Positions 55,167 through 62,740 of a stretch of 62,740 bases of DNA are shown here, in pieces. The notes under the pieces were generated by a model that saw only the letters and a list, made by a program, of their open reading frames with translations, did not search any database and was not told the origin of the DNA. The DNA comes from Vicinamibacteraceae bacterium (GTDB lineage Bacteria; Acidobacteriota; Vicinamibacteria; Vicinamibacterales; UBA8438). Within the stretch, counting starts at the first letter, position 1; every line of letters starts with the position of its first letter. Location of the stretch: positions 33,398-96,137 of the forward strand of contig JAAXGX010000142.1 of NCBI GenBank assembly GCA_012271165.1. The letters are read 5' to 3'. The position numbers and the translations under genes were made by a program.

Positions 55167-56342
55167 ATGCCCGAGTTGCCGATCTATCTCGACTACCACG
55201 CCACCACGCCGGTGGACCCGCGCGTGGTCGACGCGATGGTCCCGTACTTCACGGAGCGCTTCGGCAACGCCTCGAGTCGGCACCACTCGTTCGGGTGGGC
55301 GGCGCGCGACGCCGTGTCGGCCGCGCGGCGCCGGATCGCCGAGCTGATCGGCGCCGATTCCCGCGAGATCTGCCTCACCAGCGGCGCCACGGAGTCGAAC
55401 AACCTGGCCGTCCGAGGGATCGTCAACGCCGACCCGCGCCGGCCGCTGCACGTCGTGACGATGACGACCGAGCACCACGCCGTGCTCGATCCCTGCCGCC
55501 GGCTCGAGCGCGAGGGCGTCGAGGTGACGTACGTGGCGCCGCGTCCGGACGGGATCTGCGACGTGGCGGACGTCGAGCGCGCCCTGTTGCCGCACACCCG
55601 CCTCGTCTCGGTCATGGCGGCCAACAACGAGATTGGCGTCCTGCAGCCGATTGCACGCATCGCCGAGCTGACGCGCCCGCGCGGCATCGTCCTGCACACG
55701 GATGCCGCGCAGGCGGTCGGCAAGGTGCCCGTCGACGTCGGGGAGCTCGGCGTCGACCTGCTGTCGGCCACGGCGCACAAGCTCTACGGCCCGAAGGGCA
55801 TCGGCGTGCTGTACGTGCGGCGGCGCCGGCCGCGGCTGGCGATCGAGCCGCTGCTGGACGGCGGAGGCCACGAGCAGGGCCTCCGCTCCGGCACCTTGAA
55901 CGTTCCCGGAATCGTAGGGTTCGGCGCGGCGGCCGAGATCTGTCGGACCGAGCTGCAGGCCGAGGCGGAGCGGGTCGGTGCGCTGCGCGACCGCCTGCTC
56001 GCGGGTCTCTCCGAGGGCGCTGGCGGCGTGACCGTCAACGGCTCGACGACGGCGCGTCTGCCGCACAACCTGAACGTGAGCTTCGACCGAGTGGAGGGCG
56101 AGTCGCTGCTCGTCGGGCTCGACGACATCGCCGTCTCGTCGGGCGCCGCGTGCACCTCGGTGAACCCCGAGCCGTCGCACGTGCTGCGGGCCATCGGCGT
56201 GCCGGACGATCTCGCGCGGGCATCGCTCCGCTTCGGACTGGGACGGTGGACGACCGCCGAGGAGATCGACTACGCCGTCGAGAAGGTGCGCAGTCTGGTG
56301 AATCGCCTGCGCCAGTTGTCGGCGGTCGGCCACGCGTCCTGA
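55167..56342 (+). CDS. iscS: Cysteine desulfurase (IscS/NifS class)
   Basis: IYLDYHATTP, TSGATESNN, SATAHKLYGPKGIG (PLP Lys), SSGAACTS (catalytic Cys). Confidence 0.93.
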   Translation: MPELPIYLDYHATTPVDPRVVDAMVPYFTERFGNASSRHHSFGWAARDAVSAARRRIAELIGADSREICLTSGATESNNLAVRGIVNADPRRPLHVVTMTTEHHAVLDPCRRLEREGVEVTYVAPRPDGICDVADVERALLPHTRLVSVMAANNEIGVLQPIARIAELTRPRGIVLHTDAAQAVGKVPVDVGELGVDLLSATAHKLYGPKGIGVLYVRRRRPRLAIEPLLDGGGHEQGLRSGTLNVPGIVGFGAAAEICRTELQAEAERVGALRDRLLAGLSEGAGGVTVNGSTTARLPHNLNVSFDRVEGESLLVGLDDIAVSSGAACTSVNPEPSHVLRAIGVPDDLARASLRFGLGRWTTAEEIDYAVEKVRSLVNRLRQLSAVGHAS

Positions 56343-56389
56343 CAGGGCCCGCGGCGATCGGGTACACTGGCTGTCGAGCAACCGTACCG

Positions 56390-56716
56390 ATGATCGAAAT
56401 CACCGCGGCGGCGTCCCGGAGAATCCGGACCGCGATGGTCGACGAGGGGATGGCCGACGGCGGCCTCCGCGTCGGCGTGAAGGCCGGCGGCTGCTCGGGC
56501 CTCAGCTACGTCTTCCGGTGGGAGGCGGCGCCGAGGCCCGGCGACGAGGTATTCGCGAGTCCCGACGGCACGCGCATCTTCGTGGACGGCAAGAGCTACA
56601 AGTATCTCGACGGCACGGTTCTCGACTGCGACGCCAACATGCTTGGCCAGTCGCTGATTTTTCGCAATCCCAACGCAAAGAGCGAGTGCGGTTGCGGCCT
56701 GTCGTTCCAGGTCTAG
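56390..56716 (+). CDS. iscA: A-type iron-sulfur cluster carrier (IscA/HesB family)
   Basis: GLRVGVKAGGCSGLSY and C-terminal CGCGLSF Cys ligands. Confidence 0.9.
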   Translation: MIEITAAASRRIRTAMVDEGMADGGLRVGVKAGGCSGLSYVFRWEAAPRPGDEVFASPDGTRIFVDGKSYKYLDGTVLDCDANMLGQSLIFRNPNAKSECGCGLSFQV

Positions 56717-56814
56717 CGGCCCGTGGTCAAACCCCGCGGCGGGGTCGCGGCCGGGGCCTGTCCGCGCGCGCTTGCCGCCGGGCAGCAGAGTCCGCGCGTG
56801 TTGCCCACTGAACG

Positions 56815-58350
56815 ATGGCATCCATCTACCCAGACTCGCCTGCCGACCGGCCGGTGGTCATCGTGTCCAATCGGGAGCCGTACCAGCACTTTCGGAAGGA
56901 CGACGGAACCGTCGGCTGGTCGCCGACGACCGGCGGGGTCGCGGTAGCCCTCGACGCCCTGATGCGCGAGCGGGGCGGCGTCTGGATCGCGCATGGATCG
57001 GGCAACGCCGACCGCGCCGTCGTCGACGCCAACGACCGGGTGCGCGTTCCGCCGGACAGCCCGGCGTACCCGCTGCGTCGCCTCTGGCTCTCGCCGGAAG
57101 AGGAGAGTCACTACTACGAAGGGTTCGCCAACGAAGGACTCTGGCCCCTGTGCCACGAGGCGCACGTCCGGCCGGTGTTCCGCGCGGTCGACTGGGAGCA
57201 CTACCAGCGCGTGAACGAGCGCTTTGCCGCGGTCATCGAGCAGGAGCTTCCCGATCATTCCGCCCCCGTCTTCATCCAGGACTATCACCTGGCGCTGGTG
57301 GCGCCGGCCCTGCGCGCCCGTTGCCCGCACGCCAGGACCGCCCTGTTCTGGCACATTCCCTGGCCGCACCAGGACCGACTCCGCATCTGTCCCTGGCGCA
57401 AGGAGCTGCTGGCCGGGCTGCTGGCCAACGATCTGCTCGCATTCCAACTGGCGCGCGACCGCCGCAACTTCATCGCGGCAGCGCGCGACGAGCTCGGCGC
57501 GGACGTGGCGCGCGGGACCGTGCGCCTGGCGGGCCACGTCACGACCGTCGAGGCCGTGCCCATCGGCATCGACTACGACCGTATCCAGCAGATCGCACGC
57601 GATTCCGCGCTGCCGGACGACATGCACCGCCTTGCCGCGGAGCTCCGGATCAGGACGCCGGTCGTGGGCGTCGGCGTCGACCGCCTGGACTACACGAAGG
57701 GCATACCGGAGCGGCTCGACGCGCTGGACCTGCTGCTGTCGCGGCGCCCCGACCTGCGGGGCCGGCTCACTTTCGTGCAGATCGGCGTGCCGTCCCGTTC
57801 GACCATCGACAGCTACGCGGCGGTGGAGGCCGCCATCGACCGCAAGGTCGAAGAGCTCAATCGCCGTTACCCGCAGGCGGGCGGACCGATTCGGTACCGG
57901 AAGTCGGCGCTCAAGATCAAGCGCCTGGTCGCGCTGTTCCGACTCGCCAACTTCTGCGTCGTGAGCTCGCTCCACGACGGGATGAATCTGGTGGCGAAGG
58001 AGTTCGTGGCCGCGCGCGAGGACCTCGACGGCGTCCTGGTTCTGAGCGAGCTGGCGGGGGCCGCCCAGGAGCTCCACGATGCGCTCGCCATCAACCCCTA
58101 TGACGTCGAGGGGTTCGCCCGGGCCCTGGAGCATGCCGTCGACATGCCGGCCGACGAGCGCCAGCGGCGCATGCGGGCCCTGCGGCGCGTCGTGGCCGGC
58201 CGGGACGTCTTCCGCTGGGCATCCGACATTCTCGAAGGACTGGACAGTCTGGACCCGTCCGCGCGGCCCCCGGCGCCCGGCCGTGCGCTGCCGCCGCGGC
58301 GCCGCGCATCGGCGTTCCGGGCGTCGCCCGGCGTCTTCGAGCCGTCCTGA
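56815..58350 (+). CDS. otsA: Trehalose-6-phosphate synthase (GT20)
   Basis: VIVSNREPY, GGVAVAL, YYEGFANEGLWPLCH, IQDYHL, GVDRLDYTKGI, SLHDGMNLVAKEF. Confidence 0.92.
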   Translation: MASIYPDSPADRPVVIVSNREPYQHFRKDDGTVGWSPTTGGVAVALDALMRERGGVWIAHGSGNADRAVVDANDRVRVPPDSPAYPLRRLWLSPEEESHYYEGFANEGLWPLCHEAHVRPVFRAVDWEHYQRVNERFAAVIEQELPDHSAPVFIQDYHLALVAPALRARCPHARTALFWHIPWPHQDRLRICPWRKELLAGLLANDLLAFQLARDRRNFIAAARDELGADVARGTVRLAGHVTTVEAVPIGIDYDRIQQIARDSALPDDMHRLAAELRIRTPVVGVGVDRLDYTKGIPERLDALDLLLSRRPDLRGRLTFVQIGVPSRSTIDSYAAVEAAIDRKVEELNRRYPQAGGPIRYRKSALKIKRLVALFRLANFCVVSSLHDGMNLVAKEFVAAREDLDGVLVLSELAGAAQELHDALAINPYDVEGFARALEHAVDMPADERQRRMRALRRVVAGRDVFRWASDILEGLDSLDPSARPPAPGRALPPRRRASAFRASPGVFEPS

Positions 58351-58355
58351 CCGGC

Positions 58356-58877
58356 GTGCTAGACTGCCTCCCCATGCCGTTGCGCGAAGCCGTGAGCGGC
58401 GCCCTGCGGCACAGCATGCGGGCGTACTACCTGCCGCTGGCGGCGGGCGTGGTGCTCGCGGCGAGTGCCTTCATGCCCTGGATGCTGATGGGCGACCTGC
58501 GCTTCCGCGGCGTGCCCGGCCTGGCCGGCCTGTGGGTGCTCGGGCTGGGGTTGCTGGCGGTGGCCCTCGCCGTGCTCAGCTTCATCACCCGCAAGAACTC
58601 GCGGCACCCGCTGCTGCTGGTGGGCCTGGCCGCGTTCGCCATCCTGCTGGTATCCGAGCGGCTGATGGAACGGCGCGTGTCCGAGCAGGCGTGGGCCCGT
58701 TCGCAGGCGCGCGCCATCGTGGCCGGCGGGCCGCCGGACGCGGTGCCGGATCCGGCCATGGCCCCCGGCGCCTATCTCGGCCTGTCGGCGGCCGCCGTGA
58801 TCGCGATGTTCGGCCTGACCATCGTCGTGCGGCGGGCGGTGCAGCCGTACGCCGAGCCGGAAGACGACGATGTCTGA
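58356..58877 (+). CDS. Hypothetical integral membrane protein (about 4 TM segments)
   Basis: Hydrophobic segments LPLAAGVVLAASAF, LAGLWVLGLGLLAVALAVL, LLLVGLAAFAILLV, YLGLSAAAVIAMFGLTIVV. Overlaps the next gene by 8 nt. Confidence 0.6.
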   Translation: MLDCLPMPLREAVSGALRHSMRAYYLPLAAGVVLAASAFMPWMLMGDLRFRGVPGLAGLWVLGLGLLAVALAVLSFITRKNSRHPLLLVGLAAFAILLVSERLMERRVSEQAWARSQARAIVAGGPPDAVPDPAMAPGAYLGLSAAAVIAMFGLTIVVRRAVQPYAEPEDDDV

Positions 58878-59742
58878 CACCCCGACCGCGCCGATTCGCA
58901 TCACCGTGGCGCACAGTCCCGATTCCGACGATGCGTTCATGTTCTACGGCTTCGCCTGCGGGGCCGTGGCGGCCGAGCGGTTCGCGATCGACCAGGTCCT
59001 GGCCGACATCGAGAGCCTCAACCGCGCCGCGTTCGAGGGCCGCTACGAGGTGACCGCGGTGTCGTTCCACGCCTACGCGCACCTCCACGAGCGGTACGCG
59101 CTGCTGCCGCACGGCGCGAGCATGGGCGACCGCTACGGGCCGATTGTCGTGACCCGGTCCGGCGGGCCGACCTCGCTGGTCGACGTGACCGTGGCCATTC
59201 CCGGCGAGCTGACGACCGCGTACCTCGCGCTGCAGCTGTTTCATCCGGGCGTGGCCTACCGGGTCATGCCGTTCGACGCGATTCAGCCGGCCGTCGTCGA
59301 CGGCACCGTGGAAGCGGGCCTGCTGATCCACGAAGGGCAGCTGACGTACGGCGACGAGGGGCTGCGGTGCCTGGTCGACCTGGGCGTCTGGTGGGCCGAG
59401 CGGACCGCCGGCCTGCCGCTGCCGCTCGGGTGCAACGTCATTCGCCGCGACCTCGGCGGCGAGACGATGCTGGAGGTGTCGCGCCTGCTCCACGCGAGCA
59501 TCGCGCACGCCCTCGACCACCGCAAGGACGCCATTGCCTACGCGCTGGACTTCGGCCGTGGCCTCGACGTCGACCGCACGGACCGCTTCGTGGGCATGTA
59601 CGTCAACGAGCTGACGCTCGACTACGGCGACCGCGGGCGCGCCGCGGTGGAGCGGCTGTTCGCCGACGCCTACGACCGGCGGCTCATCCCGGCGCCCGTG
59701 CCCGTCGAGTTCGTCGGCCAGGGCTTCAATCAGATGCGCTGA
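58870..59742 (+). CDS. MqnA/MqnD-family menaquinone (futalosine pathway) protein, MqnD-like
   Basis: ITVAHSPDSDDAFMFYG resembles the MqnD GHSPCPNDTF N-terminus; periplasmic-binding-protein-like fold pattern; adjacent to a radical-SAM mqn gene. Confidence 0.7.
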   Translation: MSDTPTAPIRITVAHSPDSDDAFMFYGFACGAVAAERFAIDQVLADIESLNRAAFEGRYEVTAVSFHAYAHLHERYALLPHGASMGDRYGPIVVTRSGGPTSLVDVTVAIPGELTTAYLALQLFHPGVAYRVMPFDAIQPAVVDGTVEAGLLIHEGQLTYGDEGLRCLVDLGVWWAERTAGLPLPLGCNVIRRDLGGETMLEVSRLLHASIAHALDHRKDAIAYALDFGRGLDVDRTDRFVGMYVNELTLDYGDRGRAAVERLFADAYDRRLIPAPVPVEFVGQGFNQMR

Positions 59743-59762
59743 GGGGATCGAGGGTTCGACCG

Positions 59763-60863
59763 ATGTACGGACGACTTGCCGCGGGAGGCCTGCGCGACGT
59801 GGCCGACAAGGTCGATGCGGGCGTCCGCCTCGAGCTCGACGACGGCGTGCGCCTGTTCGAGTGTCCCGATCTGCTCGCCATCGGGTGGCTCGCGAACCGC
59901 GAGCGCGAACGGCGTCACGGCCCGCAGGCGTTCTTCAACCACAACATCCGCCTCGAGGCGACGAACGTCTGCGTCGCGAGCTGCCTGTTCTGCGCCTTCG
60001 CCCGCCTGCAGCCGGGCGACGACGGCGCCTACACGATGACGCTTGAGCAGGCGTGGGACAAGCTGCGGGTCCGGGCCGACCAGCCGCTCACGGAGGTGCA
60101 CGTCGTCAACGGCCTGCACCCCGACCTGCCCTGGGACTACTACCTGGAGCTGCTGCGCGGCTTCAAGCGCATCAAGCCGGACATTCACCTGAAGTGCTTC
60201 ACCGCCGTCGAGATTGCCTTCTTCGCGGATCTGTACGGGAAGACCGACGAGCAGGTGCTCCGCGAGCTGATGGAGGCCGGGCTCGACTCGCTGCCGGGCG
60301 GCGGCGCCGAGGTGTTCGCCGAGCGCGTCCGCCGCAAGATCTGCCACGACAAGTGCGACGGGACGCGCTGGCTCGAGATCCATCGCATTGCCCACCGGCT
60401 GGGTCTGCGGACGAACGTCACGATGCTCTACGGCCACATCGAGACGCACGCCGAGCGCGTCGACCACATGCTGCGGGCCAGGGCGCTGCAGGACGACACC
60501 GGCGGCTTCCAGGCCTTCATCCCGCTCGCGTTCCACCCCGACAACAACCGGATGGAGAAGCTGCCCGCGCCGAGCGCCGCCGACACGCTGCGCGTCCACG
60601 CGGTCGCGCGGCTGATGCTCGACAACATCCCGCACGTCAAGGCGTTCTGGATCGCCACCGGCGTCGAGGTGGCCCAGACCGCGCTGTGGTTCGGCGTGGA
60701 CGACCTCGACGGCACGGTGCAGGAGGAGCGCATCTACCACATGGCGGGCGCCCCGACGCCCGAGGCGATGACGCCGGCCGAGATCAGCCGTCTCATCCGC
60801 GGCGCCGGCCGCACCCCGGTCGAGCGCGATACGCTGTACAACGTCGTGTCGCTGCCGGCCTGA
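59763..60863 (+). CDS. Radical SAM futalosine-pathway enzyme (MqnE/MqnC family)
   Basis: NVCVASCLFCAF (CxxxCxxC), family-typical GLHPDLPWDYY, LPGGGAE, MLYGHIE. MqnE and MqnC cannot be told apart by eye. Confidence 0.85.
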   Translation: MYGRLAAGGLRDVADKVDAGVRLELDDGVRLFECPDLLAIGWLANRERERRHGPQAFFNHNIRLEATNVCVASCLFCAFARLQPGDDGAYTMTLEQAWDKLRVRADQPLTEVHVVNGLHPDLPWDYYLELLRGFKRIKPDIHLKCFTAVEIAFFADLYGKTDEQVLRELMEAGLDSLPGGGAEVFAERVRRKICHDKCDGTRWLEIHRIAHRLGLRTNVTMLYGHIETHAERVDHMLRARALQDDTGGFQAFIPLAFHPDNNRMEKLPAPSAADTLRVHAVARLMLDNIPHVKAFWIATGVEVAQTALWFGVDDLDGTVQEERIYHMAGAPTPEAMTPAEISRLIRGAGRTPVERDTLYNVVSLPA

Positions 60864-60880
60864 CGGGTGTGGTAGAATCA

Positions 60881-60920
60881 AGCCAGAGTCAGGTTCTCCC
60901 GCGCGGGGCCTGGCTTTTTT
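60881..60920 (+). terminator. Candidate intrinsic terminator after the mqn genes
   Basis: AGCCAG (60881-60886) pairs with CTGGCT (60910-60915), followed by a T6 run. The 23-nt loop is large, so the structure is uncertain. Confidence 0.4.
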
Positions 60921-60951
60921 AATGTCCGGGGCTTGGGAAGTTTTTCACAAG

Positions 60952-60983
60952 GCGCGGACCCGGGTGTCGGGTCCGCGCTTTTT
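60952..60983 (+). terminator. Strong intrinsic-terminator hairpin (11-bp perfect stem + T5)
   Basis: GCGCGGACCCG-GGTGT-CGGGTCCGCGC followed by TTTTT. Plus-strand specific (no T-run on the other strand). Confidence 0.7.
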
Positions 60984-61048
60984 CTTGTCGCTAGATTGAG
61001 AAAAGTTTCACAGGTGATGCGCCCGGGCGCGCGCAAAGGAGAGGACGA

Positions 61049-62179
61049 ATGGACGTCGAGCTCCTGACCCGCTTCGAGAGCGAGCAGATCGGTCAGCGGC
61101 AGCCGTTGCCGGATCGCTACCTCGGCCTGCCGGACGAGGAGATGGAGGAGCGCATCGCCCGCGCCCGCGCCGACCTGGGCTCGCGGCTGCTCATCCTGGG
61201 CCACCACTACCAGCGGGACGAGGTCATCCGGTTCGCGGACTGCACGGGCGATTCGTTCAAGCTCGCGTGGCACGCGGCCGAGCGCGGCGACGCCGACTAC
61301 ATCGTGTTCTGCGGCGTCCACTTCATGGCCGAGAGCGCGGACGTCCTGAGCGGGCCGCACCAGCAGGTGGTGCTGCCCGACCTGGCCGCCGGGTGCTCGA
61401 TGGCCGACATGGCCGAGGCTGATCAGCTCGAGGTCTGCTGGGACGAGCTGCAGGCGCTGGGCGCGACGGACGTCGTGCCGGTCACGTACATGAATTCGGC
61501 GGCGGCCATCAAGGCGTTCTGCGGCGAGCGCGGCGGGGTGGTCTGCACGTCGAGCAACGCGGGGCCCACGCTCGAGTGGGCGTGGAAGCGCGGGCGGCGG
61601 ATCCTGTTCCTCCCGGATCAGCATCTGGGCCGCAACACCGCCTACAAGATGGGCGTGCCGCTCGACGAGATGGTGGTCTGGGATCCGGATCTCGCGTACG
61701 GCGGCGTGGCGCCCGATCGCCTGCAGGCCGCCCGGATGCTGCTCTGGAAGGGTCATTGCTCCGTCCACACGCGCTTCAACGTGAAGCAGGTCGAGCATCT
61801 GCGGCGCGCGCATCCGGGCATCAAGGTCATCGTCCACCCCGAGTGCACGTGGGACGTGGTGCAGGCGGCCGACGACAGCGGCTCCACCGAGTACATCATC
61901 CGGGCGGTCGAGCGCAGCCCGGCCGGTTCCACGTGGGCGATCGGCACCGAGATACACCTCGTCAACCGGCTGGCGCAGGAGCTCGCGCCCGAGCGGACGG
62001 TGATGACGCTCGACCCCATCGGGTGCCTCTGCTCGACCATGTTCCGGGTGTCGCCCAACCACCTGCTGTGGGTGCTCGAGGGGCTGCGCGACGGGGTCGT
62101 GCACAACCGCATCGTGGTGCCGGACCGCGAGAAGCACTGGACGCGCGTGGCCCTCGACCGGATGTTGGAGATCCACTAG
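61049..62179 (+). CDS. nadA: Quinolinate synthase
   Basis: ILGHHYQ, FCGVHFMAESA, VCTSSNA, CSVH, HPEC, CSTM family motifs; AAGGAGAGG Shine-Dalgarno upstream. Confidence 0.93.
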   Translation: MDVELLTRFESEQIGQRQPLPDRYLGLPDEEMEERIARARADLGSRLLILGHHYQRDEVIRFADCTGDSFKLAWHAAERGDADYIVFCGVHFMAESADVLSGPHQQVVLPDLAAGCSMADMAEADQLEVCWDELQALGATDVVPVTYMNSAAAIKAFCGERGGVVCTSSNAGPTLEWAWKRGRRILFLPDQHLGRNTAYKMGVPLDEMVVWDPDLAYGGVAPDRLQAARMLLWKGHCSVHTRFNVKQVEHLRRAHPGIKVIVHPECTWDVVQAADDSGSTEYIIRAVERSPAGSTWAIGTEIHLVNRLAQELAPERTVMTLDPIGCLCSTMFRVSPNHLLWVLEGLRDGVVHNRIVVPDREKHWTRVALDRMLEIH

Positions 62180-62225
62180 ACTTCCTTGACTTTCTTGCTG
62201 TATTCGATTCGAAGGAGAGGCGCCG

Positions 62226-62740
62226 ATGGCCCATGAACTGCCCCCGCTCCCGTACGACTACAACGCGCTCGAGCCGCACATCGACGAGCAGACGATGCGG
62301 ATTCACCACACGAAGCATCACCAGACGTACGTCACCAAGCTCAACGGCGCGCTCGAGAAGCATCCGGAGCTGGCCGGCAAGAGCGTCGACGAGCTCATCG
62401 CCGATCTCGCGAGCGTGCCGGACGGCATCCGGACGGCCGTGCGGAACAACGGCGGGGGGCACGCCAACCACACGCTCTTCTGGCAGGTGATGAAGCCGAA
62501 CGGCGGCGGCGCGCCGAGCGGCAAGGTGGCTGCGGCAATCGACACCGCGTTCGGCTCGTTCGACGCCTTCAAGGAGCAGTTCGCCGCGGCCGGCGCCGGC
62601 CGCTTCGGCAGCGGCTGGGTCTGGCTGGTCAGCACGGGCGGCGTGCTCAGCATCGAGAGCTCGCCCAACCAGGACAGCCCGATGATGAACGGCAAGACGG
62701 CCATCCTCGGCCTCGACGTCTGGGAGCACGCCTACTACCT
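62226..62740 (+). CDS. Fe/Mn superoxide dismutase (3' end truncated by the window)
   Basis: [62 protein letters not shown]. Not in the ORF track because no stop codon is reached. GAAGGAGAGG Shine-Dalgarno upstream. Confidence 0.93.
   Translation, partial: MAHELPPLPYDYNALEPHIDEQTMRIHHTKHHQTYVTKLNGALEKHPELAGKSVDELIADLASVPDGIRTAVRNNGGGHANHTLFWQVMKPNGGGAPSGKVAAAIDTAFGSFDAFKEQFAAAGAGRFGSGWVWLVSTGGVLSIESSPNQDSPMMNGKTAILGLDVWEHAYY

Overview
62.7-kb, very GC-rich (roughly 70 % by eye) bacterial chromosomal segment. The gene content (CarboxypepD_reg-type TonB receptor, DUF1592/DUF1552 pair, futalosine-type menaquinone genes, CysO-type cysteine synthesis) suggests a soil Acidobacteriota/Gemmatimonadota-like organism; this is inference only. 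The window is mostly densely packed housekeeping genes. In order: a PDZ-containing sensor kinase with an NtrC-type regulator, a glycosyltransferase, rpsU, purD-purE, a TonB receptor with a Tat-dependent GMC dehydrogenase pair, and vapBC. Next come a nearly complete arginine supercluster (argC-B-D-GNAT-J-F-aminotransferase divergent from argR-G-H), fabI, a deoxyhypusine-synthase-like gene and queC/queD. These are followed by a porin-cupredoxin-dihaem operon beside two DtxR-family regulators and feoB, several secreted proteins of unknown function, a DUF1592-DUF1552-ankyrin operon and a Fic protein. The last part holds a CysM-Mec-CysO-MoeZ sulfur-carrier cluster, an MNT/HepT toxin-antitoxin pair whose HepT is fused to a DUF429-like domain, iscR-iscS-iscA, otsA, mqn genes, nadA and a partial Fe/Mn superoxide dismutase. 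By eye I find no rRNA, tRNA, CRISPR array, transposase or integrase. Most entries in the ORF track are GC-driven shadow ORFs antisense to or out of frame with the real genes. The most notable observations are these: (1) the MNT + HepT-DUF429 fusion module; (2) a metal-operator-linked porin/CuA-like cupredoxin/DUF1111 dihaem operon next to a membrane-anchored DtxR-2xFeoA protein coupled to FeoB; (3) a ~94-nt GC-rich structured intergenic repeat present in three copies; (4) a CysO sulfur carrier with a post-GG extension and an adjacent JAMM protease. All family assignments come from motif recognition by eye and need HMM or BLAST confirmation.
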